From Octopus vulgaris (Eukaryota), in the NCBI GenBank assembly GCA_951406725.2, contig OX597834.1, positions 2,480,001 to 2,544,000 on the forward strand: a DNA stretch of 64,000 nucleotides, given 5' to 3'. The notes beneath the pieces are model-generated. The model searched no databases. It was not told the DNA's origin and worked only from the letters and a program-made list of their open reading frames with translations. Shown here one piece after another: positions 1-17,208 of this stretch. The position numbers and the translations under genes are program-made. The first letter of the stretch is position 1. Each line of letters opens with the position of its first letter.

Positions 1-81
1 TTTAGTGTGCGCGCGCTTATGTGTGTGTGTGTATACATACACACATACACACACACACACATATATACACACACACACATA

Positions 82-113
<32 letters not shown>

Positions 114-238
114 GATATATATATATATATATATATATAAATTAACTTTTTTTTCCCATGACTATAAAAATTTAGTGAAGATTATTGTGGCTTCGGAGTT
201 TTTAGTGAAACGGGCTTCTTGGTACCCTAGTTATATAC

Positions 239-455
239 TCTTTTACTCTTTTACTTGTTTCAGTCATGTGACTGTGGCCGTGCTGGAGCACTGCCTTGAA
301 GAAGTTTTAGTCGAACGAATGGATTCCCTACTTAGATTTTAAAGCCAGGTACTTATTCTGTCGTTGTCTTTTGCCGACCTGCTAAGTTACGGGGACGTAA
401 ACACACGAACACCTGCTGTCAAGCGGTGATGAGAAACAAACAAAAATACAGACAC
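239..455. mobile_element. Dispersed repeat/SINE family B (other copies ~12027-12220, 21340-21510, 60088-60280)
   Basis: GTTTCAGTCAT..TGTGGCC.TGCTGGAGCAC..TAGTCGAACGAAT..GCTAAGTTACGGGGACGTAAAC recurs in both orientations. Confidence 0.8.
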
Positions 456-486
456 ACACACACGCATAGATATATACATACATGTC

Positions 487-644
487 TACGATGGGCTTCT
501 TTCAGTTTCCATCTACCAAATTCACTCACAAGGCCCGAGACTATATAGTAGAATGCACTTGTCCAAGATGTCACCCAGTGGGACTGAACCCGTGGTGCTG
601 CTCATGTGGTTGGGAAAGAACCTTCTTACCACACAGCCACGCCT
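487..644 (-). mobile_element. tRNA-derived SINE family C (other copies 11076-11210 +, 60715-60843 -)
   Basis: Reverse strand GGCGTGGCTGTGTGGTAAGAAG (A box), GGGTTCAGTCCC (B box), tail GGAAACTGAAAGAAGCCC. Confidence 0.8.
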
Positions 645-1223
645 ATGAGTTATAAATAATTGGGGCTGAATCTCGATAAATTCTAACTCTGAGTATCCAC
701 TTGGTGGATAACTCTGAGTATCCACTTGGTCATATCCAGTCCTGTCTGTGCCTCCATTGTGTACAGCGGCGTTTATAAATTGCTCAGGTATATACAGATG
801 TGTGTATGTATGTATGTATGTATGTATGTATGTATGTATGTATGTATGTATATATACACACACAAACAGAGAATCGTATATATACGTATATATATATATG
901 TGTGTGTGTGTGTATATATGCTTGTGTGTGTGTGTGTATGTTTGTGTGTGTGTGTGCGTGTGTGTATCAACAATTCTGTATTGAGGAAGCTGAGTCAGTA
1001 TTACGTTGGGGGGAGAAGGGGGAAAGTTTTTAGCTGTTAATGGCGCTCACTCGTCCACTGCCACATGTATTTTACACACGCACACTATCCCCATACACAC
1101 ATATAAATGAATGAATGTATATATATATATATATAAATATAAACACGTAATACGTGTATGTGTGTATATATAAGTGTATATATATATATATATAATCATG
1201 TATGTATCTATCTATCTGTCTGC

Positions 1224-1257
<34 letters not shown>

Positions 1258-1258
1258 T

Positions 1259-1292
<34 letters not shown>

Positions 1293-1417
1293 CACATATT
1301 TATATACATATATAAGTACCGTGTATATGCATACACACACACATATATATGTATATCGTATGTATGTATGTATGTATGTATGTATCTATCTATCTGCCTG
1401 AGTGTCTGTCTTTCAGT

Positions 1418-1465
<48 letters not shown>

Positions 1466-1503
1466 ATATACATATATATATACTTGGAAAAGGATGTGTG
1501 GCG

Positions 1504-1550
<47 letters not shown>

Positions 1551-2127
1551 CACATAAATATATACATAGCGTCCATCTTAATATATTCTCTGTGTACGTC
1601 CAAACTGACTTCCGATTTTTTCTTCTTTTTTTCGTTACTTTCTGTTATTTCACGAACTTATTACCTCTGTGTGGGTGTGTGTGGATGGGAGGGGCACTTG
1701 TATTGTTCTCCCAACACATATTTATATAAAAAAAAAGAAATCATCCAAAAACGAAGGGAAAACAAAAGGGGGAAGAAACAACAAAGTCAAAGTGAAGTCA
1801 CTGGATTGGCTTCGAAGCGACATCAGTTCCTGTTAGAAAGACAATCCGCAAAGAGAAGGAAATTTTTTTTATAAGAAAAAAAGAATATGGTGGATTGTTT
1901 TGTCAGAGTAGCAAGGTCGGGCGTCAAAATAGAAACAAACCGTCATTATATTAAAATATTTTGGGTGGGGACAGGGAGTAACGTATCGATTTAACCGATC
2001 TCTATACATACTTGATTGGTAAATTATATTATGTATTGCATGTATATTGTTAATATTATTCACTCCTCCTAAAATCACTGGACTTGAGCCAAAATTTGAA
2101 CCTATTATTATTATTATTATTATTATT

Positions 2128-5160
<3,033 letters not shown>

Positions 5161-5189
5161 TGTTGTTATTATTGTTGTTGTTGTTGTTG

Positions 5190-5247
<58 letters not shown>

Positions 5248-5249
5248 GA

Positions 5250-5434
5250 TGCTGGACGAAATGCTTAGCGATATTTCGCCCGTCGCTACGTTCTGAGTTC
5301 AAATCCCGCCGAGGTCGACTTTGCCTTTCATCCTTTTGGGGTCGATAAATTAAGTACCAGTGAAACACTAGGGGCGATATAATCGACTGGTCAACTCCCC
5401 ACAAATTTTAGACCTTGCGCCTTTCGTAGAAAGA

Positions 5435-5469
<35 letters not shown>

Positions 5470-5615
5470 CATTTAATGAGTTCAAATTCCGCCGAGGTCG
5501 ACTTTGCCTTTCATCCTATCGGGGTCGATTAAATAAGTACCAGTTACGCACTGGGGTCTGTGTAACCGACTTACACCCTCCCCGAAATTGCTGGCCTTGT
5601 GCCAAAATTTGAAAC
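5250..5615 (+). mobile_element. Two tandem family A SINEs, each followed by (ATT)n
   Basis: Two GAGTTCAAAT.CCGCCGAGGTCGACTTTGCCTTTCATCC bodies at ~5296 and ~5478. Confidence 0.88.
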
Positions 5616-6023
5616 TATTATTATTATTTTTATTTAATCAAAGGCGCTCCAGTCATGACCATTCCAGCTACATTTGTGTATTCATTATATAATGTGATCC
5701 TTCCATTTTCTTAGGCGGCTGTATAAATTTTAGTTATACTTGACTGTTGTTTTTAGCAAATTGGCACGCTCATTAGTTCGTTGTTGTTGTTTTTGTTTGT
5801 CTCATACCGGCAATATAGCATCAAAGACATTCCACCCATGAACCTCTGCATTTATATTTATTAGTTGCCCTGGACGGTGATTTATTTCAGTGACAAAGTT
5901 GACCCCGGCACGATTTGAACTCTGAACGCATTGAGTCGGAACAAATGCCAAGGTATCTTGTCATACGTTCTAATCACTCGCTAAATTTCCGCATTCGTAT
6001 GATGTGTGCCAGCGTGTGTATAC

Positions 6024-6078
<55 letters not shown>

Positions 6079-6629
6079 GTTTCGGTCTCTTTCTCTCTCT
6101 ACACACACACACTCACACACCCAAACACACCCACACGCACACATACACACCTACTTGCGCATATACATACGCACATACATTTATGTGTATGTGTCTGTAT
6201 ATATATGTGTGTATATACACGTATACATACATGCAAACACACATACACACAATCATACACACAAATACACACACTCACACACATTTACAAAAAACAACAA
6301 ATTATTCACAATAATATGCTTTTTTAATTATTTTCTATTTCCATTATGAGGTATTTGGAATGATCTTTCGTATATTCCCATGTAACAAGTCTACGTTAAT
6401 CACAAATTTTAATTTATTTCTACCATTCACACATACATACATACATACATACATACATACATACATACATACATACATACATACATACATACATACATGT
6501 GCATATACATACATACATACATACATACATACATACATACATACATACATACATACATACACACATCCATCCATCCATCTTCTCAGATGGTTGCCGTCTC
6601 CTTGTGCTTCCTCGCTGTCAAGTATTTCT

Positions 6630-7600
6630 GACTTTCCACCCATGACCTCTGAGATGACTTTTCAGTCCCGCTGCAGATCTGCATAACAGTACGTTTCTAA
6701 CTGGTCAAGTGTAACTGCCGCAGGACATTTAGTGGACAGAATGATCACCAATAAGTAAATAACAGAAACTCGCCGTGAGGCCAGCGCACAGCAGGAAAGA
6801 TCTCCAGAGGGGGAACTCCCGTTCTTTTCTACTCAAGGCACAAGGCCCGAAATTTTTGGAGAGATAGCCAGTCGATCAGATCGAACCCAGTACGCAATTA
6901 GTGCTTAATTTATTGACCCCGAAAGGATGAAAGGCAAAGTCGACCTCGGCGGAATTTGAACTCAGAACGTAAAGACAGACGAAATACCGCTAAGCATTTC
7001 TCCCGTCGTGCTTACGTTTCTGCCAACTCGCAGAGGAAGAACTCCCATTTGACAGATACTCTACGAGAGCCGGACTCACACGGGTCATGACCCCTAGGTG
7101 TCTTCCTGCTGCTTTCCAAAATCCTGTCTTCAGCGGGTCTGAATCTGGGTCGTTCTTTTTGTGCACTTGTGTTCTTAGGTCTGTGTTTCAGCCCCATTCG
7201 GTCCCACTGACCGACGAAGGAACCAGTTCTCTTCTTCCTTCTCTTCCTGTACATAACAACAAAGAGACATCTTATACGTCATCGGATTATAGCGATAACC
7301 GCTTGTGCTTCACCAGTCTTCGCGATTAGTATCATGTGACAGTCCGAAACGAGATGATCAGTAATCGTGTGAAACCGCAGCTTTTATATCAGAGAGTTCT
7401 AGAACGATGCTGTGACAACAGCTGGGGGTCCCTCATTCCCAGTGGTTTTAGTTCGATGTCCGTTGACTCACCTGATTTCATCCACCATTTCGCTGGTCTT
7501 GCTTTTAACCTCTCTGGGTTTCCAGACATCACCCAACTCAACAACCTTGTGGTACTGCCGACAACCAGACCATACAACAGTGTTGTACTCACTTACCCGT
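6630..7600 (-). mobile_element. Degraded RTE-clade LINE 3' fragment(s) interrupted by a SINE
   Basis: Minus-strand CRSAAGLKSHLRGH (RTE terminal Cys/His motif) at ~6642-6683; RTE-like 'ARPAKWW..DIELKPLG' at 7389-7592. Confidence 0.5.
6824..7030 (-). mobile_element. Family A SINE with target-site duplication
   Basis: Reverse-strand SINE; flanks CAGAGGGGGAACTCCCGTT (6805-6823) and CAGAGGAAGAACTCCCATT (7031-7049), 16/19 identical. Confidence 0.85.
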
Positions 7601-7879
7601 TACAAGTATCTCTCAAGAGCAAGCTCACATACATACATACATACATACATACATACATACATACATACATACATACATACATACATACATACATACATAC
7701 ATACATACATACACACATACATACATACATACATACATACATACATTCATGCATACATACATACATACATACATACATACATACATACATACATACATAC
7801 ATAATACATACATAAATACATACATACATAAATACATACATACATAAATACATACATACATACATACATACATACATGT

Positions 7880-8370
7880 GTTTGTGTTCAGTTGTGGAAA
7901 TCCGCTGCCCAACGGATGTCGACATCAATGAACTATAGAGACAATTACAATTACTCCACCTGAATTACGAGTCCAGGTTTATACCTGTAATTATTGGGGC
8001 ACTGGGATATGTAACACATAGCCTAAGTGCCAATCTTGAGAAATTAGGCCTCTTAAAACCCGAACAGAGAAAGCTAATTAGGAGATTACAGAGCCAAGCC
8101 CTCTCTGAATCTGTAAAAACCTGTAAAACTTTGCAGAAGTTTATCATCCAAGTATATATGCGCATGCCTAGACATGCAACTATGTGCATGAGAAGACAGA
8201 CATAAAACGAACACAAATGTGCACATGCATTGACTGCAAATGCTGCACACATACATACAAACATGCAAAAATATCCTGTTGATGTTGGAATTTCAATGAA
8301 AGAGCCTTGGATCTAGGTTAGAAACCAGCTCTTTCTCTTTTGCCAAGAAATATTGAAATAAAACTGAATG

Positions 8371-8373
<3 letters not shown>
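7880..8373 (+). mobile_element. 3' fragment of a third RLE-encoding non-LTR retrotransposon
   Basis: Manual translation LCSVVEIRCPTDVDI..RFIPVIIGALGYVTHSLSANLEKLG..KLIRRLQSQALSESVKTCKT (RLE C-terminus), then a 3' UTR ending in (CA)n; (CATA)n on the 5' side. Confidence 0.75.
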
Positions 8374-8405
<32 letters not shown>

Positions 8406-8716
8406 GCACACACACCACACACACACACACACACACAAAGTTTACAGCGTTTTCGCCTGTCTAACAATCTTTTGTACGTATGAGTCCCCGTGGCCAATAA
8501 AGGAGAGATTTGTTGTTACCCCTCCTCCTCCTCCTCCTCCTCCTCCTCCTCCTCCTCATCATCATCATCATCATCGTCATCATCATCATCATTCATAAAT
8601 TAAATGTGATTATAAAAGCTAATCAATCTTTAGGTATTTCCATTTTATGTGTTTGTGTGTGTAAGTGTGTCTGTGCGTTTGTGTATGTGTTTATATGCGT
8701 GTTTATGGCTGTATGC

Positions 8717-8770
<54 letters not shown>

Positions 8771-9458
8771 ATGTGTCTCTCCCTGTTTGTGTATATTTGC
8801 ATGTATACACCGACATCCCAATGTGCATGTGTACACGTATGAACGTATAGCGTGCGCCGCACGTTTTCCCCAAGCAATCGTGTATATGTGTGTGAGTGTA
8901 TATATGCGCATGTGTGTTGGACACTCAACGCTTCATCATTAAAACACTATCCGCCATCTTGTTCCTGCCGAAACTCTGCTTTGATCTCGGCCAATCAGTT
9001 TCCCTTTTAAGGTGGTGAATGACACGATAAGCTCCCTAAATTATGACAAGGTCCCTTATCCCATATCTCACACGCTTCGATGGATTTTTAGTGAAATAAC
9101 CCCAATTTTAAGGGCACAAAATTAAAATTTATAGACATTTGTCAACCTGTCCTCTTTTCTCAACGCCTCCTCCACAAACATACTCACACACACACGCACA
9201 CACAAATATTTGCATATATGCAAATTCAAGCGGACATGTGTATATCGACAAACATGTATATGAACACACACTAAAATTCACACAGGTACACATACATACA
9301 CACACACATACACACGCGTACACACACACATACGCACACACACACAAACCATGCATGTATGTATATATGTATGTATATATAAATATATACATGTAAATGA
9401 ATGTATGTATATGTATGTACATATGTATGTATATGTAAATGAATATATATATATATAA

Positions 9459-9523
<65 letters not shown>

Positions 9524-9629
9524 CACAGACACGTGTGTGTGTGTGTGTGCTGAATGCCGTCCACGATGACTCCTTATTTCATTGAAATTTTCGTTAGAGG
9601 CAGAATGAGAAAAATATAGACGAAAGCAA

Positions 9630-9915
9630 CTGGTGCCAAATGTTGGGGACTTCCGTTCTATGATCAGGGTTCCATTGCTGGAAGATAAAAGAACAGGTTG
9701 CAGTCAGGAGATGACAGTGAGGATAAAGAAATACTTCATCTGTGAGGTCACTCGGTACAATATGGGGGGGGGGGGGGGAACGGTGCTCGTAGCAAAAGCA
9801 TCGCAATGGAATGACGAAGGCACTAGGGGCTTGGCCTATAATGTTGCATGGGTGTGAAGTATGGACTCTAGGGGTAACTGATGGACCTTTGAGATGTGTT
9901 ACAGGTTTTTAGAGG
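9630..9915 (+). mobile_element. RTE-clade LINE fragment (thumb region)
   Basis: [10 protein letters not shown] and AWPIMLHGCEVWTL..FEMC resemble RTE 'C..EI..RI' and 'LYGCE.WTL..FEMW'. Confidence 0.6.
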
Positions 9916-10499
9916 AAATGGGAATGTGTGTATGTATGCATTTATGAATGTATGTGTGTGTATGTATGTATGTATGTATGTACGTATGTATGTATGTATG
10001 TATGTATGGGTTTCTGCTTCATCGACAGTAACTACACTAGTTGGAATAGTGGTAAGCAGCGGTGTTACAACAAAATTGTCCGTGGGGGCTGTGCCGTTGT
10101 TGAGCAGCTTTTCAAAGAGAGATTTCTAGTCCACGATTTAGTCTTGTGGGTTACGGGCCTTAATGTTTGCCGCTGGCTTAGATTTGTGACTAGACAAGCT
10201 TTCGATACTGTTGTGATTTGTCTGCTGTAATCTGCTTCTTTTTTTACTGCTGGTTTGCTCTTCGATGTACGCTTGTGGGTTTGTAGTGTACTGCTGCTGA
10301 GCTAAGGCTAAGAATGAGGCTGCTACAGCATTAAGTGTTGCAGCAGTCTTGTTTCACACTGCCAGTCTGTTTCGGGTTTCCTGAACTTTGGCATCCTCTC
10401 AAGGAACTTTCTTGTTTGAGAGTCCACAGAAGAGATATGTTGCTCAGTAGCGTATGCAACAGACTTCGAGAATGTGGTGTATTGCTTCAAGTGGTCAGA

Positions 10500-11050
10500 A
10501 CTTCCTAAAAACGACCAGAGCAAATCCCTCCCTGACCTCGACTTCGTAGATGACATGACACTCGTCTCACACACAATCGCAAATACTCAAATTCTCCTCA
10601 CAGACCTGGAATCAGCTGCCTATAAACCACTCGAAGACAAAAACCATAATCATTGATGAAAATGCTGGTGTAGGTGATCATCCACTTTGATCGGGGCCCG
10701 TTGAGTCACTTCCCGATTTTTGCGGCCTGGCCTCTCGTATTTGCTCTACCAACGCAATTGTTAACATACGTAAAGAAAACACTCGTAGAGCCATCATCTA
10801 ACAAGCTGCAGGGAAAGAACCACAATCATCATGTGACCTAAAACTACGCCTGTTTCGTGTTGAAGTAGAATCTGTTCAACTTTACGGCTCTGAATGCTGG
10901 TTCCTTACGGCGGCCACTTGACACAGGTCTGTGCACTGTCACAGAGTTGTCACGCACACATACATACGTGCATATGTCTGAGGCACTCGATCCTGTAGCA
11001 TGAAGATAGTCAACAATCACCGACGAAATTCGAAGTCACAATCAACAATA
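10500..11050 (+). mobile_element. RTE-clade LINE fragment (RT catalytic and thumb)
   Basis: LPDLDFVDDMTLVSH (FADD motif) and KLRLFRVEVESVQLYGSECWFLT. Confidence 0.75.
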
Positions 11051-11217
11051 TTAGGACAAATATACAAATAAATTCCACTTCCCAACCACATGGTCCCGGG
11101 TTCAGTCCCACTGAATGGCACCTTCGGTAAGTGTTTTCTTCTAAAGCCTCTGGCCGATCAGTGCCTTGTTAATGGATCTGGCAGCCGGAAACTGAAAGAA
11201 GCCCATCGTCTGTGTGC

Positions 11218-11299
<82 letters not shown>

Positions 11300-11458
11300 A
11301 AAATAAAAGAATGGAGAAGAAAAAATATATAAAAGATGCTTGGTTAATTCTATTTGTATCACAATGGAAAAGTAATGCAAATTAAAAGAATAAAAAATAT
11401 ACCTATAAGAACAAGCATAAAAGGAACCGTATCAATAAAACAACCCCAAAATATCCAA

Positions 11459-11557
11459 TTTCTACATACGTTTCAATCCGACAATATGTTTGAATCATCA
11501 ATAATTGTAACTTTTATAGATGTAATAAACGATATATTGTCGGATGTCTTCAGGAAA
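11459..11557 (-). ncRNA. Type I hammerhead motif with long helix II
   Basis: Minus strand UUUC-CUGAAGA-C-AUCCGACAAUAU..46 nt..AUAUUGUCGGAU-U-GAAAC-GUAU-GUA-GAAA: 12-bp perfect helix II, 4-bp helix I in register. Confidence 0.68.
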
Positions 11558-11804
11558 AGTAAGTATATTTTCGGTCTTGAATTACGAAATGACTTATTTG
11601 AGGACGATGTTTAGGAATTTTCGAATGTAAACTAACAACTTATTAGGTCGCAGAGTTCATGTGATTAGAAATTTATCGTTTAAAATTTAGCTTGTGGGTG
11701 GATTTGGTAGATGGAAACTGAAAGAAGCCTGTCGTGACCTCGTGTGTACCGTTGGTCATTTTTTCCCCCCTGTCTTCCCTTCTCTGTATCTTTCCTTCTC
11801 CTAT

Positions 11805-11839
11805 GTTTCCGACGAAGAGCTCCGCTCGAAACGTTAAAC
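11805..11839 (+). ncRNA. Minimal hammerhead-like motif (loopless helix III)
   Basis: GUUU-CCGACGA-A-GAGC UCC GCUC-GAAAC-GUU-AAAC; U4C variant core, helix I GUUU/AAAC in register. Confidence 0.55.
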
Positions 11840-11933
11840 CCTCCTTCTTTCCTTCTTTCCTGAGCGTCCAATAATACTTTATTTGTTCCACGTCCTCGCG
11901 TTGTTGTGTTTTTTTGTGCTTTCTTGTTTGGAT

Positions 11934-12011
<78 letters not shown>

Positions 12012-12026
12012 TGTATGTATATGTTT

Positions 12027-12220
12027 GCATGTCTGTGTTTGTCCCCCCACAATCACTTCACAACTGATGTTGGTGTGTTTACGTCCCCGTAACTTAGCGG
12101 TTCGGCAAAAGAAACCGATAGAATAAGTATTAAGCTTACAAAGAATAAGTCCTAGAGTCGATTTGTTCGACTAAAGGTAGTGCTCCAGCATGACCGCAGT
12201 CAAATGACTGAAACAAAAAA
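12027..12220. mobile_element. Family B repeat, inverted relative to 239-455
   Basis: GTTTACGTCCCCGTAACTTAGC..TGCTCCAGCATGACCGCAGTCAAATGACTGAAAC. Confidence 0.82.
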
Positions 12221-12225
12221 AGAAT

Positions 12226-12268
<43 letters not shown>

Positions 12269-12339
12269 CACACACGTGTGAGCGTGAGTGTCTGTCAGTG
12301 CGTGTGTGTGTAGGGGAACGGGGGTGGGGCTGTACGAGA

Positions 12340-12406
<67 letters not shown>

Positions 12407-13015
12407 CAATCCATTCAGAGTGGAAAATGATTAAAAATCCTCACAAATTAATAATTTAAAGATAACAACAACAGCAACAACAATGCTAATAATGATAATA
12501 ATAATTATTATTATTGATAGTGATTTCTAATTAGATTTTCAACCACCAACCTCTCCGTCCTCCCCCTCCCCCAATTTATTACATTTTATTGTCCCCCTCC
12601 ACTCATATATTTCCTCTCCCCTACCTCTCTGCCTCTCTCTCCCCACATAATGCAACAATTTAATCCGCCTCCTCCGCCTCCCCTCCCTCATCTTCACCTT
12701 TCCCCTCTCCTTCTTCCACTTCCCACCCCCCTCTCTTTAGCATTACACAAATAAATTGACAAATAGCATCGCCATTTCCTTCTCGGCTTCTTAAAGAAAG
12801 CAATACCTCTACGCCACCACCACCACCACCACCACCACCACCACCGCAACCGCTGCAACTACCAATACCACCATCACCACCACTACCACCGCCACCGCAA
12901 CCTTTGCCACTGCCAACAGCAGCAACACTAACACCAAGATCACATCACTGTCACCACTCCACACCTACCGCCACGACTACCACCTCGCATTCATTACCAC
13001 CACTGCACTACATCA

Positions 13016-13059
<44 letters not shown>

Positions 13060-13076
13060 CGCTTCTGCTGCTGCTG

Positions 13077-13107
<31 letters not shown>

Positions 13108-13124
13108 CGCTTCTGCTGCTGCTG

Positions 13125-13167
<43 letters not shown>

Positions 13168-13671
13168 CATCGCCATCACAAACAGCACACTCGTCATCAC
13201 TGCCACTGGCACCAACACCACTAAGACCCTCACAAACACCACTACTACAACAACCAGCACCACTAACGAGACTAGCGCCATCGCCTGAAGAACAAATGCG
13301 AAAACAACAAGCATCAACAGTAATTAACAACAATCTCATTAGCAACAAAAATTAGCAATAAGAATGGCTGCTGAGACGACAGAAAGGACGACGACGATAG
13401 CAAGAAAATTAGCATCGGCAGCAGCAGTGATAATTACAACAACAACAATAGCAACAGCGTCCATAACAACAATTACAATGTAAACAACAGCAAAAATACT
13501 TCGCAACAACCTCTTTAACAATAACAACATCAATAATACTTGCTATTATTGCAACAGCATCGACAACGAAAGGAACAGCGATAGCAACAACAATGATAAC
13601 TGTAAGAAGAAGAACGACAACAACCACAGCGGTAGTTAGCAACAACCTCATTAGCAACATCACTAGTAATA

Positions 13672-13830
13672 GTTTTAAATTTCGGCAGAAGGCCAGCAAT
13701 TTCGGGAGGGGGTGGTGAGTAAGTTGATTACATCGGCCCCCAGTGCGCCACTGGTACACTTTTGTTTTTATTGATCCTGAAAAGATGAAAGGCAAAGTCG
13801 ACCTCGGCGGAATTTGAACTCGGAACGTAA
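13672..13830 (-). mobile_element. Family A SINE (5'-truncated)
   Basis: GATGAAAGGCAAAGTCGACCTCGGCGGAATTTGAACTC body. Confidence 0.85.
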
Positions 13831-14923
13831 AAATGGAACAACATCACTAATACAATAACGACGATAGCAACAACAGCAACAGATGTGGTAACAACAACAA
13901 CAACAACAACGATAACTACTGCAACAACGTCAACTGCAACGATCACAACTACCACAACAATAGTTAGCAACAAGCTCATTAGCAACAACATCACTAATAA
14001 TAAGAATTACTATTGCAACAACAACGATAACAACAAGAACAACAATAGCAACAGTAACATCAATAATGATAACCACAACTGCAACCACAGCAACAGATTC
14101 AATAACAAGAAGATAATCGAAAAGTTGTCTGTCAGCAGTTGGGAATTCTAAGGACCAAAGGAAAGAGAGAGAGGGAGAGAGAGAGTGAGAGAGAGAGAGA
14201 GAGGGGGGAGAGGGAGTTTAATTGACGGTGAAAAGGAAGTGGGATTAAGAAAAGGAGAGGATTGCTAAAAACAAGACGAAACCGAAAGTGAAAGTAAGGC
14301 GTAGGTCGGTGGAAGGGGGGGCGTAAGAGATGTGTGTAAGCGAGGGGTTTCACGTGACCAGTGATACAGAAATTATAGGGGAAAGAATGGAAGAAGCGGT
14401 GGGGGGTGACGGGTGGGGTGGGAGGGGACATTCTGTGGCATCGAGTGCTCACATGAAATCGTTCTTCCTTGCCACGGCTCCTTATTCTATTCTCCTCCCC
14501 ACTCCTCCTCCTCTTCTACAGACTCCTTATTTCATTGTGCCTCCTTCAGCTCCGCAACGGCAGCGGCTAAGATGCAGACGGAGGTAGTGCCGGCGCTAGT
14601 GATGGTGATGGGGGAGGCTACAGTCATTCTTAAGTGACTATGTCATCAGCCGGTACTTCATCAGTCATACCTTTAGACAGCTACACACACACAAACACAC
14701 ACACACAACACATGCACACACACACACAACACATGCATACACACATACCAAAGACATACGTGGCACGGTCTCTTCCCGTCGCCCCTCTCTCTCTTTTTCT
14801 CTCTCGCTCACAGCATTCGCAAGTATGCATACATATACACACATATATATATATACACACACATTATATATCCATATATATGTGTGGTGTGTGTGTATAT
14901 CTCTCTATCTCTCTATCTCTCTA

Positions 14924-14970
<47 letters not shown>

Positions 14971-14982
14971 GTAAAGGTTTAT

Positions 14983-15070
<88 letters not shown>

Positions 15071-15273
15071 TGTATGTGTACATATATAAATCCTCCTAAA
15101 CCTGCCTCCCACCCGTCGCCGCCTCCCTCATGAATTCTCTGTTGCTAAAACTAATCCGTGAGAGGCAGTTGACAAGACGGAATAATCCCTCAAGACTTTG
15201 GTATTGTTGGCCTCGGCAAGACCAGCCCGTGGTTAGAAATAACAGCCACATTTCGCTGGAATCAAAGCTTAGC

Positions 15274-15357
<84 letters not shown>

Positions 15358-15438
15358 ATGGTCACATATGGAAAGCCTTTGTTCACAAATCTGATCAGCT
15401 AGGTGACCTGGGGCTAAACTGTGTCAGCAAGTGGCGAT

Positions 15439-15473
<35 letters not shown>

Positions 15474-15870
15474 CAGAGGCACATACATATATGCACATAT
15501 AAAACATTACATATTAACACACATTTATATATATATATATATATATATACATATTAACGCACACACACACACACACACACCCAGAGGTGTGTTGAACGTC
15601 ACTTGTCCCCTTCTCGCTCTACCTCCCACCGCCACCCACCACCAGTGCTGTTAGTTGAATAGAGGAGGGGGCTATAATATATGTGGTGGTGGGGGAGGGT
15701 TGTAAAGAGGGATAACAAAACCCCTTAACAAAAGGTCTGTTACTGCTGTCCTCGAGAGACATCAAGACACGTGGCCCTTAATAACTACACCCTCTCCCTC
15801 CTCCTCCTCCTTTTTCTTCTCCCCTCTCCTTCATTACACTTTATTTCTGAAGGCCTCCCCATCACATATT

Positions 15871-15909
<39 letters not shown>

Positions 15910-17022
15910 TGCACACATGCATGCGTACACGTATACATACATGCGTTCACATACATCCATATACACCTTGTACACACACATACATACACACATACACAGA
16001 CACACACACACATATACATTACATGCAACACATGCACGTACGTACACATATATATGAATTTACGTTACACACATGTATACACATACACGTGCACATATAT
16101 ACACATACATGCACGTATATGCACGCATACTCATAATGCACACAGATGCACATCCATGCACATTAAACACACGCACGCGCGGATCCTCTCATTTAATTAC
16201 CTCTGTCGCTTTTGCTACTGTTACACCATCACCACCACAACCGCCACCACAACAACCACTCTCACCACCACCTCCACCACCACCACCACCACCACCACCA
16301 CCACCACCACCACTGTTACTAATGGAGAAAGGTAGGATTGGTGGAGCATCGAACCGGGTGAGAATTGTGGTGACAACTACAACACCGAAATTAGGAAAAT
16401 AGCATCACCAGGACCACCACTACAACCACCGTCGCACCACCACCACCACCACCACCACCACCACCACCACCACCACCACCACCACCACCACCACCACCAC
16501 CACCACCACCCTATACATTTGCCACTCCCCCTCCCACTCCTTTTACACCACCACTACTACGATATCAGGAAAGAGTCTGTGTAACTGTTTTGAAATAGCA
16601 GTCAAATCACCCTGAAATCATACCCTACCACCTTAGAAAAGACATTTGACAATGCAGTCCTTGGTTTTTCCTTGTAAAAACGAGATGGTCGTTGCTGGAA
16701 GTCCTTTGATCACAAGTCTGCCGGATCAGGCTGAACCTGGAGGATAACACGTACATAATAACACACGCACACGCACACACACGCACACACACACACACAC
16801 ACAAATATATGGCGAACGGTTGTTTTATAAAATTGCGAGAAATGGTCGAGTTGCCGGATTGGGTAGTTATGGCTGCAAATTAGCGAGGATTGGGGAATGA
16901 CAAGTTTTGGTGATAATGAGGGAGTGAGGGTCTTTATTAGGAATTAAATTGGCGCGGGGAGGGGCTGGATGGTAATAATAACAATAATATGACTGCGAAT
17001 AAAAGACAGAATTATGTGGGTG

Positions 17023-17057
<35 letters not shown>

Positions 17058-17076
17058 GAGAAAGCGGGAGATAGAC

Positions 17077-17208
<132 letters not shown>

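Noticed and set aside
7110-7140. CUGAAGA..GAAA matches at 7127 (-), 13284, 18237, 23976 (-) and 38968
   Set aside because: No in-register helix I or helix III; several lie inside LINE or transposase coding remnants.
9568-14537. Identical 17-mer GACTCCTTATTTCATTG at 9568 and 14521
   Set aside because: Flanks are unrelated, and one such match is plausible by chance in an AT-rich 64-kb window.
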